Source: Rhodospirillaceae bacterium
GTDB taxonomy: Bacteria; Pseudomonadota; Alphaproteobacteria; Rhodospirillales; UBA2165
Reading direction: 5' to 3'
NCBI GenBank assembly: GCA_947467145.1
Contig: CANIGJ010000003.1
Coordinates: forward strand, 79,065 to 143,064
DNA length: 64,000 nt
In this document: positions 30,463 to 40,151 of the stretch, one piece after another
How positions within the stretch are numbered: position 1 is the first letter of the stretch
Layout: every line of letters begins with the position of its first letter
Made by a program: the position numbers and the translations under genes
Notes under the pieces: generated by a model
What the model was told of the DNA's origin: nothing
The model's database searches: none
Seen by the model: the letters and a program-made list of their open reading frames with translations, nothing else

Positions 30463-31398
30463 CTAGAATTCCGTATCGCGGTGATGGACCTTGACCGGCT
30501 GGCCGATGCTTTCAAACCACATCGTCAGGCGTTCCGCAACGAAAACCGAGCGATGCCGCCCGCCGGTACATCCGACCGCAATAGTCAGGTAACTTTTACC
30601 CTCGGCACAAAAGCCGGGCAGCAGCGGTTGGAGCAGGCGGGTCAGGCTATCGAAGAACGGCTCGAAGGCCACATCGTGTGAGATATAGGCGGCCACATCT
30701 TCATCGCGGCCGGTTTTGGGGCGCAGCTCCGGCACGTAATGCGGGTTGGCCAGGAAGCGTACGTCGAACACCAAATCGGCCTCGCGCGGCAGGCCGCGGC
30801 GATAGGCAAAACTCATGACAAAGACGGAGAGCGCGCCTTGCGAGTGGCTCGCAAGATGCCCCCCCAGGATGCGCTTCAGTTCGCCCGGACCGCGACCTGA
30901 GGTATCGATCATGATGTCGGCGCGGTCTCGCAGCCCGCTCAGCAACGCGCGTTCGCGTGCAATGCCATCGATGACAGGTCGGCCCGCGGCCAGCGGATGG
31001 CGATGGCGCGTTTCTTCGTAACGCCGGCGCAACTCATCATCGTCGCAATCGAGAAACAGGATGCGCGGCGTGACATGTTCCATCGCCTCGATTTCTTCGC
31101 AGCAGCGCAGGAACGGCTCGATGCCGAAATCGCGGGTGCGGATATCGACGCCGATGGCGATGCGGCGTTCGCTGTGCGCGGCGTTCACATGTTCTGCATC
31201 GGCGGGGTCTTGGATCTCGCGCTCGCTGCCCGCGATCAGGGTGCGCACCAGCGAGAGCGGCACATTGTCGATCGCCTCGAAGCCCATGTCTTCGAGCGCC
31301 TTCAGCGCCTGGCTCTTGCCCGCACCGGACATGCCGGTCACCAGAACGACGAAGACGCCGGCAACGGAATCGTTTTTGAACGTTGTCGCTTCCATCAC
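30463..31398 (-). CDS. rapZ: RNase adapter / nucleotide-binding protein RapZ (YhbJ)
   Basis: Walker A VTGMSGAGKS and C-terminal GCTGGRHRSV. Start is GTG 31398 or ATG 31395, overlapping the hprK stop. Confidence 0.85.
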   Translation of the reverse strand: MMEATTFKNDSVAGVFVVLVTGMSGAGKSQALKALEDMGFEAIDNVPLSLVRTLIAGSEREIQDPADAEHVNAAHSERRIAIGVDIRTRDFGIEPFLRCCEEIEAMEHVTPRILFLDCDDDELRRRYEETRHRHPLAAGRPVIDGIARERALLSGLRDRADIMIDTSGRGPGELKRILGGHLASHSQGALSVFVMSFAYRRGLPREADLVFDVRFLANPHYVPELRPKTGRDEDVAAYISHDVAFEPFFDSLTRLLQPLLPGFCAEGKSYLTIAVGCTGGRHRSVFVAERLTMWFESIGQPVKVHHRDTEF

Positions 31399-31853
31399 GC
31401 GACCTCAATGGGAACGTGGGTGAGCGCGAGTTCGACTTTGATCGGCGCGGAGAGTTCGAACGGATGGAGGCGGACGAGCGGCACCTTGCGCCCGAGAAAC
31501 AACTCGGCGTCGGGTTCGGGCATCCGATCGACGGCATCCGATCCGACCAGCTCGATGCACAGCGCCAGCGGCGCCGTCACATGATAGAAACGCAGGATGC
31601 CAAGCCCACGCACTTCGATCAGACCGGCGATGCGGGCCGGCGCGCTCAAGATAGCATTGATGCCATCATCGGTGAGATCGACGCGGTCGTCGGCGATCAG
31701 TTGCGCGCCCCGATCGATCAGGCGCAGCGCCAGATCGGATTTGCCCGCACCCGAGGGGCCGAGCAAGAGGACGCCCAATAGTCCCCTGGGGCCATCGATG
31801 GCGACGGCGGTGGCGTGGATCTGATGCGGTGTGTCGAGGTGCGGCATGAACAC
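31395..31853 (-). CDS. hprK: HPr kinase/phosphorylase, short alphaproteobacterial form
   Basis: 152 aa corresponding to the C-terminal catalytic domain only. P-loop LLLGPSGAGKSDLAL and LIADD. Confidence 0.8.
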   Translation of the reverse strand: MFMPHLDTPHQIHATAVAIDGPRGLLGVLLLGPSGAGKSDLALRLIDRGAQLIADDRVDLTDDGINAILSAPARIAGLIEVRGLGILRFYHVTAPLALCIELVGSDAVDRMPEPDAELFLGRKVPLVRLHPFELSAPIKVELALTHVPIEVA

Positions 31854-31882
31854 AATGTTACCGAAGGCAACCTTCGGTGAGA

Positions 31883-33496
31883 TTACTGCGCCGCGGGTAG
31901 TCGCACAATGAATCTCGCGCCCTGGACCTGCCCGTCCGGGCCGATGCGGTTCTCGGCACGGAGCGAGCCGCGATGCGCCTCGACAATCTGGCGCGAGATC
32001 GACAGGCCGAGCCCGGAATGGGTGCCGAATTTTTCGCCGGCGGGCCGCTCGCGATAGAACCGCTCGAAGATCGCCTCTTCCAATCCAGCGGGAATGCCGG
32101 GACCCTCATCCTCGACCGTGATCGTGACCGCGGCGCCGTCGCGCCCGGCGCGCAAAATGATGGTGCTGCCGGGCGGCGAGAAACTGACCGCGTTGTCGAT
32201 CAGGTTGCGGAAGACCTGCACAATGCGGTCTGCGTCGCCGGTCACGCGCAGTGGCGAGCGGCCGACTTTTTCGCAGGCGAGATGCACGCCGTGCGAATCG
32301 ATCGTGGCCTCGTGCAAAGCGGCGAGCGTATCGAGCAAGGCGGGCAGATCGACCGGCACCATCTCGACGCGCGACAATTCCGCATCGATGCGCGATGCGT
32401 TGGAAATATCGCTGATCAGGCGGTCGAGGCGCTGGATGTCATCGATGACGATGGCCATCAGACGCTGCTGTTGGGTGGGATCGGAAATGCGCGCCGCCGT
32501 CTCGATGGCGCTGCGCAGCGACGTCAGCGGGTTCTTGATCTCGTGCGCGACATCGGCGGCGAAGCCTTCGATCGCGTCCATGCGCTTCCACAAGGCTTCG
32601 GTCATTTCGCGCAGTGCGCCCGACAATTCGCGGATCTCGTCATGGCGGCCGCCGAATTCCGGAATGGCATATTGGCGCGCCAGGCCGCGGCGGACGCGAT
32701 CGGCGGCGAGCGCCAGGCGGCGCAAGGGCCGCGCGATGGTGCCGGCGAGATAGATCGATAGGCCGACGGTGATCAGCAACGAGATACCGAACACCTTGAG
32801 GATATCGAGCCGGATTTGCAGAACAGCCGCATCGATGGCCCGGCTGTCGTGGGTCAAGATCACGGCGCCGAGAACGCGTTTGTAACGCTGCACCGGCACG
32901 GCGACCGAGAGGACGGCGCGATGGCCGAAATGCCGGCGGATGGCGCGCCCGGTCTCGCCCGCCAGCGCCATTCGGGTTTCGCGCGATTGCTGTACCAGTT
33001 CGATATCGTCGTCATCGTCGGGATCGAGCGTCGTCGACAAGCCGCCGATCATACGGTCGTAGGTGTCCAGAAGATTTTGCGCGAAGGAGCGTTGCGCAGC
33101 GGGCGGCGGTAATTCGTCGATCTCGACCACGCCGCCGGGTCCGGACACGCGCCGGCTATCGACCACCAGGCTGCCGTCGGCATTCACGAGCTGCGCTTGC
33201 GTGCGGCTGGTGCGCGCCAGGCGGCGTACGATCGATCCCGCCATCTCGGGGATCAGTTCCGGCTCGTCCACGCCTTCGGTCGCGACGGCCGCTTCACCGA
33301 CCGAGGCCGCGACCATTTCGGCTTGCACCGTCAGGGCGGCAAATTCGGTTTGCAGCAGTTCCTGGCGATAGCGGCCGACATACAGCAGGCCGATCACCAG
33401 CACGACGAGGGCGAAGATATTGATGAACAGAATGCGCCGCGTGATGGGCGACAGACGGGGGCGCCGCTGCATGCCATCGGCAGCGCGGTCTTTCAA
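31883..33496 (-). CDS. chvG: ChvG/ExoS-type sensor histidine kinase
   Basis: Two TM helices flanking a periplasmic domain, then HAMP. H-box FAADVAHEIKNPLTSL and G boxes EDEGPGIP, GLGLSISRQIV. Downstream of chvI and upstream of hprK. Confidence 0.75.
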   Translation of the reverse strand: MKDRAADGMQRRPRLSPITRRILFINIFALVVLVIGLLYVGRYRQELLQTEFAALTVQAEMVAASVGEAAVATEGVDEPELIPEMAGSIVRRLARTSRTQAQLVNADGSLVVDSRRVSGPGGVVEIDELPPPAAQRSFAQNLLDTYDRMIGGLSTTLDPDDDDDIELVQQSRETRMALAGETGRAIRRHFGHRAVLSVAVPVQRYKRVLGAVILTHDSRAIDAAVLQIRLDILKVFGISLLITVGLSIYLAGTIARPLRRLALAADRVRRGLARQYAIPEFGGRHDEIRELSGALREMTEALWKRMDAIEGFAADVAHEIKNPLTSLRSAIETAARISDPTQQQRLMAIVIDDIQRLDRLISDISNASRIDAELSRVEMVPVDLPALLDTLAALHEATIDSHGVHLACEKVGRSPLRVTGDADRIVQVFRNLIDNAVSFSPPGSTIILRAGRDGAAVTITVEDEGPGIPAGLEEAIFERFYRERPAGEKFGTHSGLGLSISRQIVEAHRGSLRAENRIGPDGQVQGARFIVRLPAAQ

Positions 33497-33528
33497 TCTC
33501 GGACGTCGCCAAAAGAAGAGGTGGGTAA

Positions 33529-34248
33529 TTATCCTGCTCGCTTCGCTCTTTCGCGATAACGATAGCCGACGCCGTACAGCGTCTCAATCTCGGCGAATTC
33601 GGCATCGACGGCGCGGAATTTTTTACGCAGCCGCTTCACGTGGCTGTCGATGGTGCGATCGTCGACATAGATATGTTCTCCGTAGGCCGCATCGATCAGT
33701 TGATCGCGGTTCTTCACCAGGCCCGGCCGGTAGGCGAGCGACTTGATGAGCAGGAATTCAGTCACCGTCAGATCGACCAGATCGCCGCGCCAAGTGCATT
33801 TGTGGCGGGCGGGATCGAGGATCAGGTCGCCGCGCTGGATGATTTCCTCGCCGCCCTCCGGTTTCTCGTCCGGCGTGATGTCGAGATCGCGCCGACGCAG
33901 CAACGCACGGATGCGCGCGATCAGCAGGCGTTGAGAAAACGGCTTGGTGATGTAATCGTCGGCGCCCATGCGCAGGCCGAGCACCTCGTCCACCTCGTCA
34001 TCCTTGGATGTCAGGAAGATAATGGGGGTGGAGGTCTTTTCGCGCAGCTTGGATAACAGCTCGATACCGTCCATGCGCGGCATCTTGATGTCGAGGATGG
34101 CGAGATCGACCGGTTTTTGCGTGATCCCGCGCAGCGCTTCCGCGCCGTCGCCATAGGTATCGACACGGAAACCTTCGGCTTCCAGGGCGATGGAAACAGA
34201 GGTCAGGATATTGCGGTCGTCGTCGACCAGGGCGATGGCGTTAGGCAT
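33529..34248 (-). CDS. chvI: ChvI-type OmpR-family response regulator
   Basis: ORF 33529..34530 trimmed to ATG 34248 ([11 protein letters not shown]). Receiver [11 protein letters not shown]...KPF plus winged helix [13 protein letters not shown]...GVGYRY. Confidence 0.8.
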   Translation of the reverse strand: MPNAIALVDDDRNILTSVSIALEAEGFRVDTYGDGAEALRGITQKPVDLAILDIKMPRMDGIELLSKLREKTSTPIIFLTSKDDEVDEVLGLRMGADDYITKPFSQRLLIARIRALLRRRDLDITPDEKPEGGEEIIQRGDLILDPARHKCTWRGDLVDLTVTEFLLIKSLAYRPGLVKNRDQLIDAAYGEHIYVDDRTIDSHVKRLRKKFRAVDAEFAEIETLYGVGYRYRERAKRAG

Positions 34249-34297
34249 GGCGCGCAGTTGAATTCCAGATTGTGGCGGAAATATAGCAGGTCGCGTT

Positions 34298-35086
34298 ATG
34301 GTGAGCCCCATGACAAATGATGGCTCACCACAAACGTCCGGCGGTCCGGCCGCTGCTCCGGACCTAAAATCGCTCGGTACGGAGGCGCGGGGCCTGATCC
34401 GGCGCGCCCTGAAAGCGGCGCTGGCCACCACTGGATCGGCGCAGGAACCGGCTGTTGCGGGCTGGCCTGCCAACGCCCTGGTGACGGTGGCTGCCGCCGG
34501 CGACGGCTCGCCCATCCTATTGCTCTCCACGCTTGCACATCACACCGGCAATATCCTTGCCGACAGCCGCGCCAGCCTGTTGATCGACGCGACCGAAGGC
34601 TTCGCCAATCCGCAAGCCGGGCCCCGGGTCAGCGTAACGGGCCGCCTCGCCCGCACCGACGATCCGGCGCTCGCGCGGCGGTTCCTCGCGCGCCATCCGG
34701 CGGCCAAGATGTATGCGGGCTTCGGCGATTTCGCCTTTTATCGGATGGAGATCGAGCGTTTGCATTATATCGGCGGTTTCGCGCGCGCGCGTTGGATCGA
34801 GCGCGCCGATGCGGTGTTTGACGGTGCAGCCGAAATTGCGGGCGCGGAAGAAGATATCCTCGCGCATATGAACGGCGATCATGGTGCAGCGGTATCGTTG
34901 TATGCTCAACGTTTGCTGAAGTTGCGCGCCAAGCGCGTGGAACTCATCGCCGTCGATCCCGAAGGCTTCGATCTGCGCAGCGGCCGCACCGTAAGTCGTG
35001 TCGATTTTCCGACGCCGGCAAAAACTTTGGATCAAATTCGCGCGGCTTTTGTTGCACTCGCGCAGCAGGCTCGTGCGTCCATATAA
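34298..35086 (+). CDS. HugZ/PNPOx-like split-barrel protein with DUF2470-like C-terminal domain
   Basis: 262 aa. FMN-binding split-barrel-like N-terminal half (PRVSVTGRL...). C-terminal [12 protein letters not shown] resembles the DUF2470/heme-utilisation family. Confidence 0.6.
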   Translation: MVSPMTNDGSPQTSGGPAAAPDLKSLGTEARGLIRRALKAALATTGSAQEPAVAGWPANALVTVAAAGDGSPILLLSTLAHHTGNILADSRASLLIDATEGFANPQAGPRVSVTGRLARTDDPALARRFLARHPAAKMYAGFGDFAFYRMEIERLHYIGGFARARWIERADAVFDGAAEIAGAEEDILAHMNGDHGAAVSLYAQRLLKLRAKRVELIAVDPEGFDLRSGRTVSRVDFPTPAKTLDQIRAAFVALAQQARASI

Positions 35087-35261
35087 CCCTTTGCCTACAG
35101 CAACAAATTCGCGCTGATTTTTTGCATCGCAAAATACAGTTTGATGATGTGAAACGCGTTGCGCCACTTTGGGACGGCCGATACATTCGCCTTTCGAGTC
35201 GTCCGCGTTTGCGTCTGATGGGGAAGGATGCCGTGGGCCGAGTCGCATCCCGTGTGAGGAA

Positions 35262-37112
35262 ATGATGCCGGCTTCCGCCAAACGATCTGAAACACCCGTT
35301 ACCAATCGCACCAGTAATCAAAAACTCATCGCCTGGGTGCAGGAGATGGCGGCGCTCGCGCAGCCTGACGCCATCCACTGGTGCGATGGATCCAAGGAAG
35401 AATACGATCGCCTGTGCGCCGACATGGTCGCTGCGGGCACGCTCATTCCGCTGAATGCCGCGAAGCGTCCGAACTCGTTCCTGGCGCGCTCCGCGCCGAC
35501 GGATGTCGCGCGCGTCGAGGATCGCACCTTCATCTGCTCGAAGGACAAAGACGCTGCCGGTCCCACCAACAATTGGATGGACCCGGCCGAGATGAAGAAG
35601 ATCATGAACGGTCTCTTCACCGGCGCCATGAAGGGACGCACGATGTACGTGATCCCGTTCAGCATGGGCCCGCTCGGTTCGCACATCGCGCATATCGGCG
35701 TGCAGCTTTCCGATTCACCTTATGTCGCAGCATCGATGCGCGTCATGACCCGCATGGGCCAGCCGGCACTCGACGTGCTGGGCGATGGCGATTTCGTGCC
35801 CTGCATGCACACCGTCGGTGCACCGTTGCAGCCGGGCGAAAAGGATGTCGCATGGCCGTGCAACAGCACGAAGTACATTGTGCAATATCCGGAAGAGCGC
35901 GCGATCTGGTCCTACGGATCGGGCTATGGCGGCAATGCGCTGCTCGGCAAGAAATGTTTCAGCCTGCGCATCGCCTCGGTGATGGGTCGCGACGAAGGCT
36001 GGCTTGCTGAACATATGCTGATCCTCGGCCTCGAATCGCCGAAGGGTGAAAAGACTTATGTCTGCGCCGCGTTCCCGTCGGCGTGCGGCAAAACCAATCT
36101 CGCCATGCTCATCCCGCCGCAAGGTTTCGAAGGCTGGAAGGCAACGACGGTTGGCGACGACATCGCCTGGATCAAACCGGGCGCCGATGGCCGCCTCTAT
36201 GCGATCAATCCGGAAGCGGGTTACTTCGGCGTGGTGCCCGGCACCTCGATGAAGACCAATCCCAACGCGATGAAGATGATCGAGCGTGACACCATTTTCA
36301 CCAATGTCGCGATGACCGACGACGGCGATGTGTGGTGGGAGGGCAAGGACGGCCCGGCGCCGGCGCATCTGATCGATTGGCAGGGCAAGGACTGGACGCC
36401 CGATGCCGGCCGCCCGGCCGCACACCCCAATGCCCGCTTCACCTGCTCGACCACGCAATGTTCCTCGGCCGATGCCGCATGGGACGATCCGAAGGGCGTG
36501 CCGATCAGCGCCTTCATCTTCGGCGGCCGCTTGTCGCAGAATTTCCCGCTGGTGTTCGAATCCTTCGATTGGAACCACGGCGTCTATATGGCTGCGACCA
36601 TGGGCTCCGAAGCGACGGCCGCCGCCGAGAACCAGGCCGCCATCCGGCGCGACCCGATGGCGATGCTGCCGTTCTGCGGCTACAACATGGCCGAATATTG
36701 GGAACATTGGTTGAAGATGGGCAGCAAGGTGAAACACCTGCCGGCGATCTTCCGCGTCAATTGGTTCCGCAAGGATGCCGACGGCAAGTTCATGTGGCCG
36801 GGCTTTGGCGAAAACATGCGTGTGCTGAAATGGATCGTTGATCGCGTGCACGATCGCGCCGACGCGGTGAAAAGCCCGTTCGGCATGATGCCGCGCCATC
36901 AGGATCTCAATTGGCAAGGTCTCGACTTCAAGTCTGACGTCTATGACGGTTTGATGGCGATTGATCGCGAAAAGGGCCGCGAGGAAGTCGAGTCGCAGAA
37001 GGAATTGTTCGAATCCTTCGAAGACAAGCTGCCGCCCGAGATGGAAGCTCAGCGCAAAGCGCTTCTCGCCCGTCTCGCCGAGGCGCCGGCGGTCTGGCGC
37101 GTCAATTCCTAA
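35262..37112 (+). CDS. pckG: phosphoenolpyruvate carboxykinase (GTP)
   Basis: ORF 35169..37112 trimmed to ATG 35262 (SD GAGGA at 35256). GTP-PEPCK hallmarks [20 protein letters not shown] and YFGVVPGTS. Confidence 0.9.
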   Translation: MMPASAKRSETPVTNRTSNQKLIAWVQEMAALAQPDAIHWCDGSKEEYDRLCADMVAAGTLIPLNAAKRPNSFLARSAPTDVARVEDRTFICSKDKDAAGPTNNWMDPAEMKKIMNGLFTGAMKGRTMYVIPFSMGPLGSHIAHIGVQLSDSPYVAASMRVMTRMGQPALDVLGDGDFVPCMHTVGAPLQPGEKDVAWPCNSTKYIVQYPEERAIWSYGSGYGGNALLGKKCFSLRIASVMGRDEGWLAEHMLILGLESPKGEKTYVCAAFPSACGKTNLAMLIPPQGFEGWKATTVGDDIAWIKPGADGRLYAINPEAGYFGVVPGTSMKTNPNAMKMIERDTIFTNVAMTDDGDVWWEGKDGPAPAHLIDWQGKDWTPDAGRPAAHPNARFTCSTTQCSSADAAWDDPKGVPISAFIFGGRLSQNFPLVFESFDWNHGVYMAATMGSEATAAAENQAAIRRDPMAMLPFCGYNMAEYWEHWLKMGSKVKHLPAIFRVNWFRKDADGKFMWPGFGENMRVLKWIVDRVHDRADAVKSPFGMMPRHQDLNWQGLDFKSDVYDGLMAIDREKGREEVESQKELFESFEDKLPPEMEAQRKALLARLAEAPAVWRVNS

Positions 37113-37131
37113 TCCAACCTGATTTTAAAGC

Positions 37132-38019
37132 TTAGCGAGCGCGGATGATCGCAAGGTCGTCCGCGTTTTGCGTTGCGACCCGGTTCAGCCGATGCAGGAT
37201 CGCGTTCCCTGCCGCATCGCGCGCCGGGACCAGACGGTCGGTCTCGTCGATCGTGCCGACCCGATCGTTGATCGCGAAGAACCGATAACCGAGCGGGCGC
37301 AGCAGCGTGTCGATCGCGCTGCCGGTTGCTTCGGTCAGACATTCGAAGATCATCGTCGGACGCGCGCGCGCGAGAAGCCCCCGCATGCCGGCGAGCGCGG
37401 CAGGTTCATGGCCCTCGACATCCAGTTTGATGAGCCCGACCTGATCGGCAATCGCTGGCGGCAGAAAGGTATCGAGCGCCACGACGCGCACGTCGCTGCT
37501 GCGTCCGCCATCGGCCTTCTCGAAGCTGCCGCCGCTCGAATGGTAATCGGCGTGCGTCCGGATGGTGAAAGCGCGCGTGCCATCGCCATCGCTGATGCCG
37601 AGCTGATAGGCATTCGTCGTCGCCACATCGTTGGCGCGCAGATTGAGCGTCAGGCGTGCGTGGTTCAGTGCGCTCGGCTCGAACGACAGGACATTGATCT
37701 CCGGATTGGCGACATGCGCGACCAAGGTATAGATGCCGGTATGCGCGCCGATATCGAGCGCCAGGACATGCCGACGCGCGAGACGGGTCCACAGGGCCAA
37801 GGTCGCGCGTTCGTAATGGCCGTTCCAGAACAGACGCAGCGCGATGCCGTCGTCGTTGCCGCCCAACAGCATGCGAAAGATGGATGATGATACGGGCTGA
37901 TGCTCGACCCATCCCCAGTACGGCGGCAGATCGATAAGCGTGTCGAGATCGAAATCGTTATGGGCCGGCAACGTGGCGCGCTGCGCGTGCGCCGCCGCGT
38001 TCGCGGGGTGATCCGTCAT
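37132..38019 (-). CDS. FkbM-family methyltransferase
   Basis: ORF 37132..38586 trimmed to ATG 38019 (MTDHPANAAAH), which overlaps the msrQ stop (ATGA). Motifs LDIGAHTGIYTL and IKLDVEGHE. Confidence 0.75.
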   Translation of the reverse strand: MTDHPANAAAHAQRATLPAHNDFDLDTLIDLPPYWGWVEHQPVSSSIFRMLLGGNDDGIALRLFWNGHYERATLALWTRLARRHVLALDIGAHTGIYTLVAHVANPEINVLSFEPSALNHARLTLNLRANDVATTNAYQLGISDGDGTRAFTIRTHADYHSSGGSFEKADGGRSSDVRVVALDTFLPPAIADQVGLIKLDVEGHEPAALAGMRGLLARARPTMIFECLTEATGSAIDTLLRPLGYRFFAINDRVGTIDETDRLVPARDAAGNAILHRLNRVATQNADDLAIIRAR

Positions 38020-38654
38020 GCCGCGGCAGCGGCAGCCGGGCGCGGTCTGTTGCGTTGCCGGTTTTTCCAGACGCGATAGCCGAGCAGCAGAAGAATGATC
38101 GCGCCGTAGATATAGGGCCGCGAGAAATCGGCGCGGATCATCATGTAGAAATGCACGACACCGAGAATGGCGATCGGATAGACCAGCATATGCAGCTTGC
38201 GCCATTTCTTGCCCAAACGCCGGATCATGCCCTTGGTCGAGGTGATGCCCAGCGGGATCAGCGCGATGAAAGCGATCATGCCGACGGTGATGAAGGGCCG
38301 CTCGGCAATATCTTTGAAGAACGCGACGACATCGAGCTTCAGATGGAACACCTGATAGCTCGTCACATGCAGCACGGCATAGAACAGTGCGAACAGCCCG
38401 ATCATGCGCCGGTAGTTGATGAACTCGTTGCGCTTCAGCAGATCGGCCGCCGGGCGCACGGCGAGCGAGAGGATGATGAAGATCAATGTCCAATCGCCGA
38501 GTTCGCGATCCAACTTCTGCACCGGATCGGTCGTCAGATACTGCGTGCCCATCGTCGTGTCGGAAAAGATCGCGTAAGCGAGCCAAAAGAACGGCGACAG
38601 GCTGATTAGGAAGACCAGCGGCTTGAAGATCCGGCGTTGCGTGCGAACGTTCAT
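38016..38654 (-). CDS. msrQ: protein-methionine-sulfoxide reductase heme-binding subunit MsrQ (YedZ)
   Basis: Trimmed to ATG 38654. Polytopic ferric-reductase-like membrane protein with conserved His residues (LHVTSY, VVHFYMM). Directly downstream of msrP. Confidence 0.8.
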   Translation of the reverse strand: MNVRTQRRIFKPLVFLISLSPFFWLAYAIFSDTTMGTQYLTTDPVQKLDRELGDWTLIFIILSLAVRPAADLLKRNEFINYRRMIGLFALFYAVLHVTSYQVFHLKLDVVAFFKDIAERPFITVGMIAFIALIPLGITSTKGMIRRLGKKWRKLHMLVYPIAILGVVHFYMMIRADFSRPYIYGAIILLLLGYRVWKNRQRNRPRPAAAAAA

Positions 38655-38661
38655 CGACAGG

Positions 38662-39633
<972 letters not shown>

Positions 39634-39798
39634 GCGTCATCTCCATAAAACGCGGCGGCCCCGATTGGGCCTCGAAGGACTATTCGCCCAGCAAACAGCG
39701 CAGGTTACAGTTTATTTCAAATTTCGGGCCGCCGTCAGGCCGAGACGGCTGCTATTTATACGGAGGCGGCACGCTTTTGGATGTCGCGCGCCGGTACA

Positions 39799-40131
39799 TT
39801 AGCTTTCCGTATGGACCAAACGGATGAACATCGAGGTCCCGTCGCCTTCGTTCTTCACGACCTTTTCGGCCGATCGCGGCATCGGGAAGCCACGGGTATG
39901 GCAATAGAGCAGGATGGCGGCGCCGACCTGCTGTTCGGTGAAGATCACCTCGCGCTTTTCACCATCCTGTGAACGCGCATAGATGAAGGTGACATTGGCG
40001 CCGTCCTTGGCGAAGCGGACCTTGTCGATGCCTTCCTTGGGCAGGCGCATCTCGGTGCGCAGCGCGTAGTGGATCAGGGCGGCGCGGATCTCATCGGCGG
40101 TAAATTGGATTTTGCGGGTCTCGGTCGGCAT
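39799..40131 (-). CDS. hypothetical protein (110 aa)
   Basis: Clean ORF 20 nt downstream of polA on the same strand with genome-typical codon bias. I recognise no family. Confidence 0.5.
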   Translation of the reverse strand: MPTETRKIQFTADEIRAALIHYALRTEMRLPKEGIDKVRFAKDGANVTFIYARSQDGEKREVIFTEQQVGAAILLYCHTRGFPMPRSAEKVVKNEGDGTSMFIRLVHTES

Positions 40132-40151
40132 CGGCGTCTCCAGCGGGCCTC

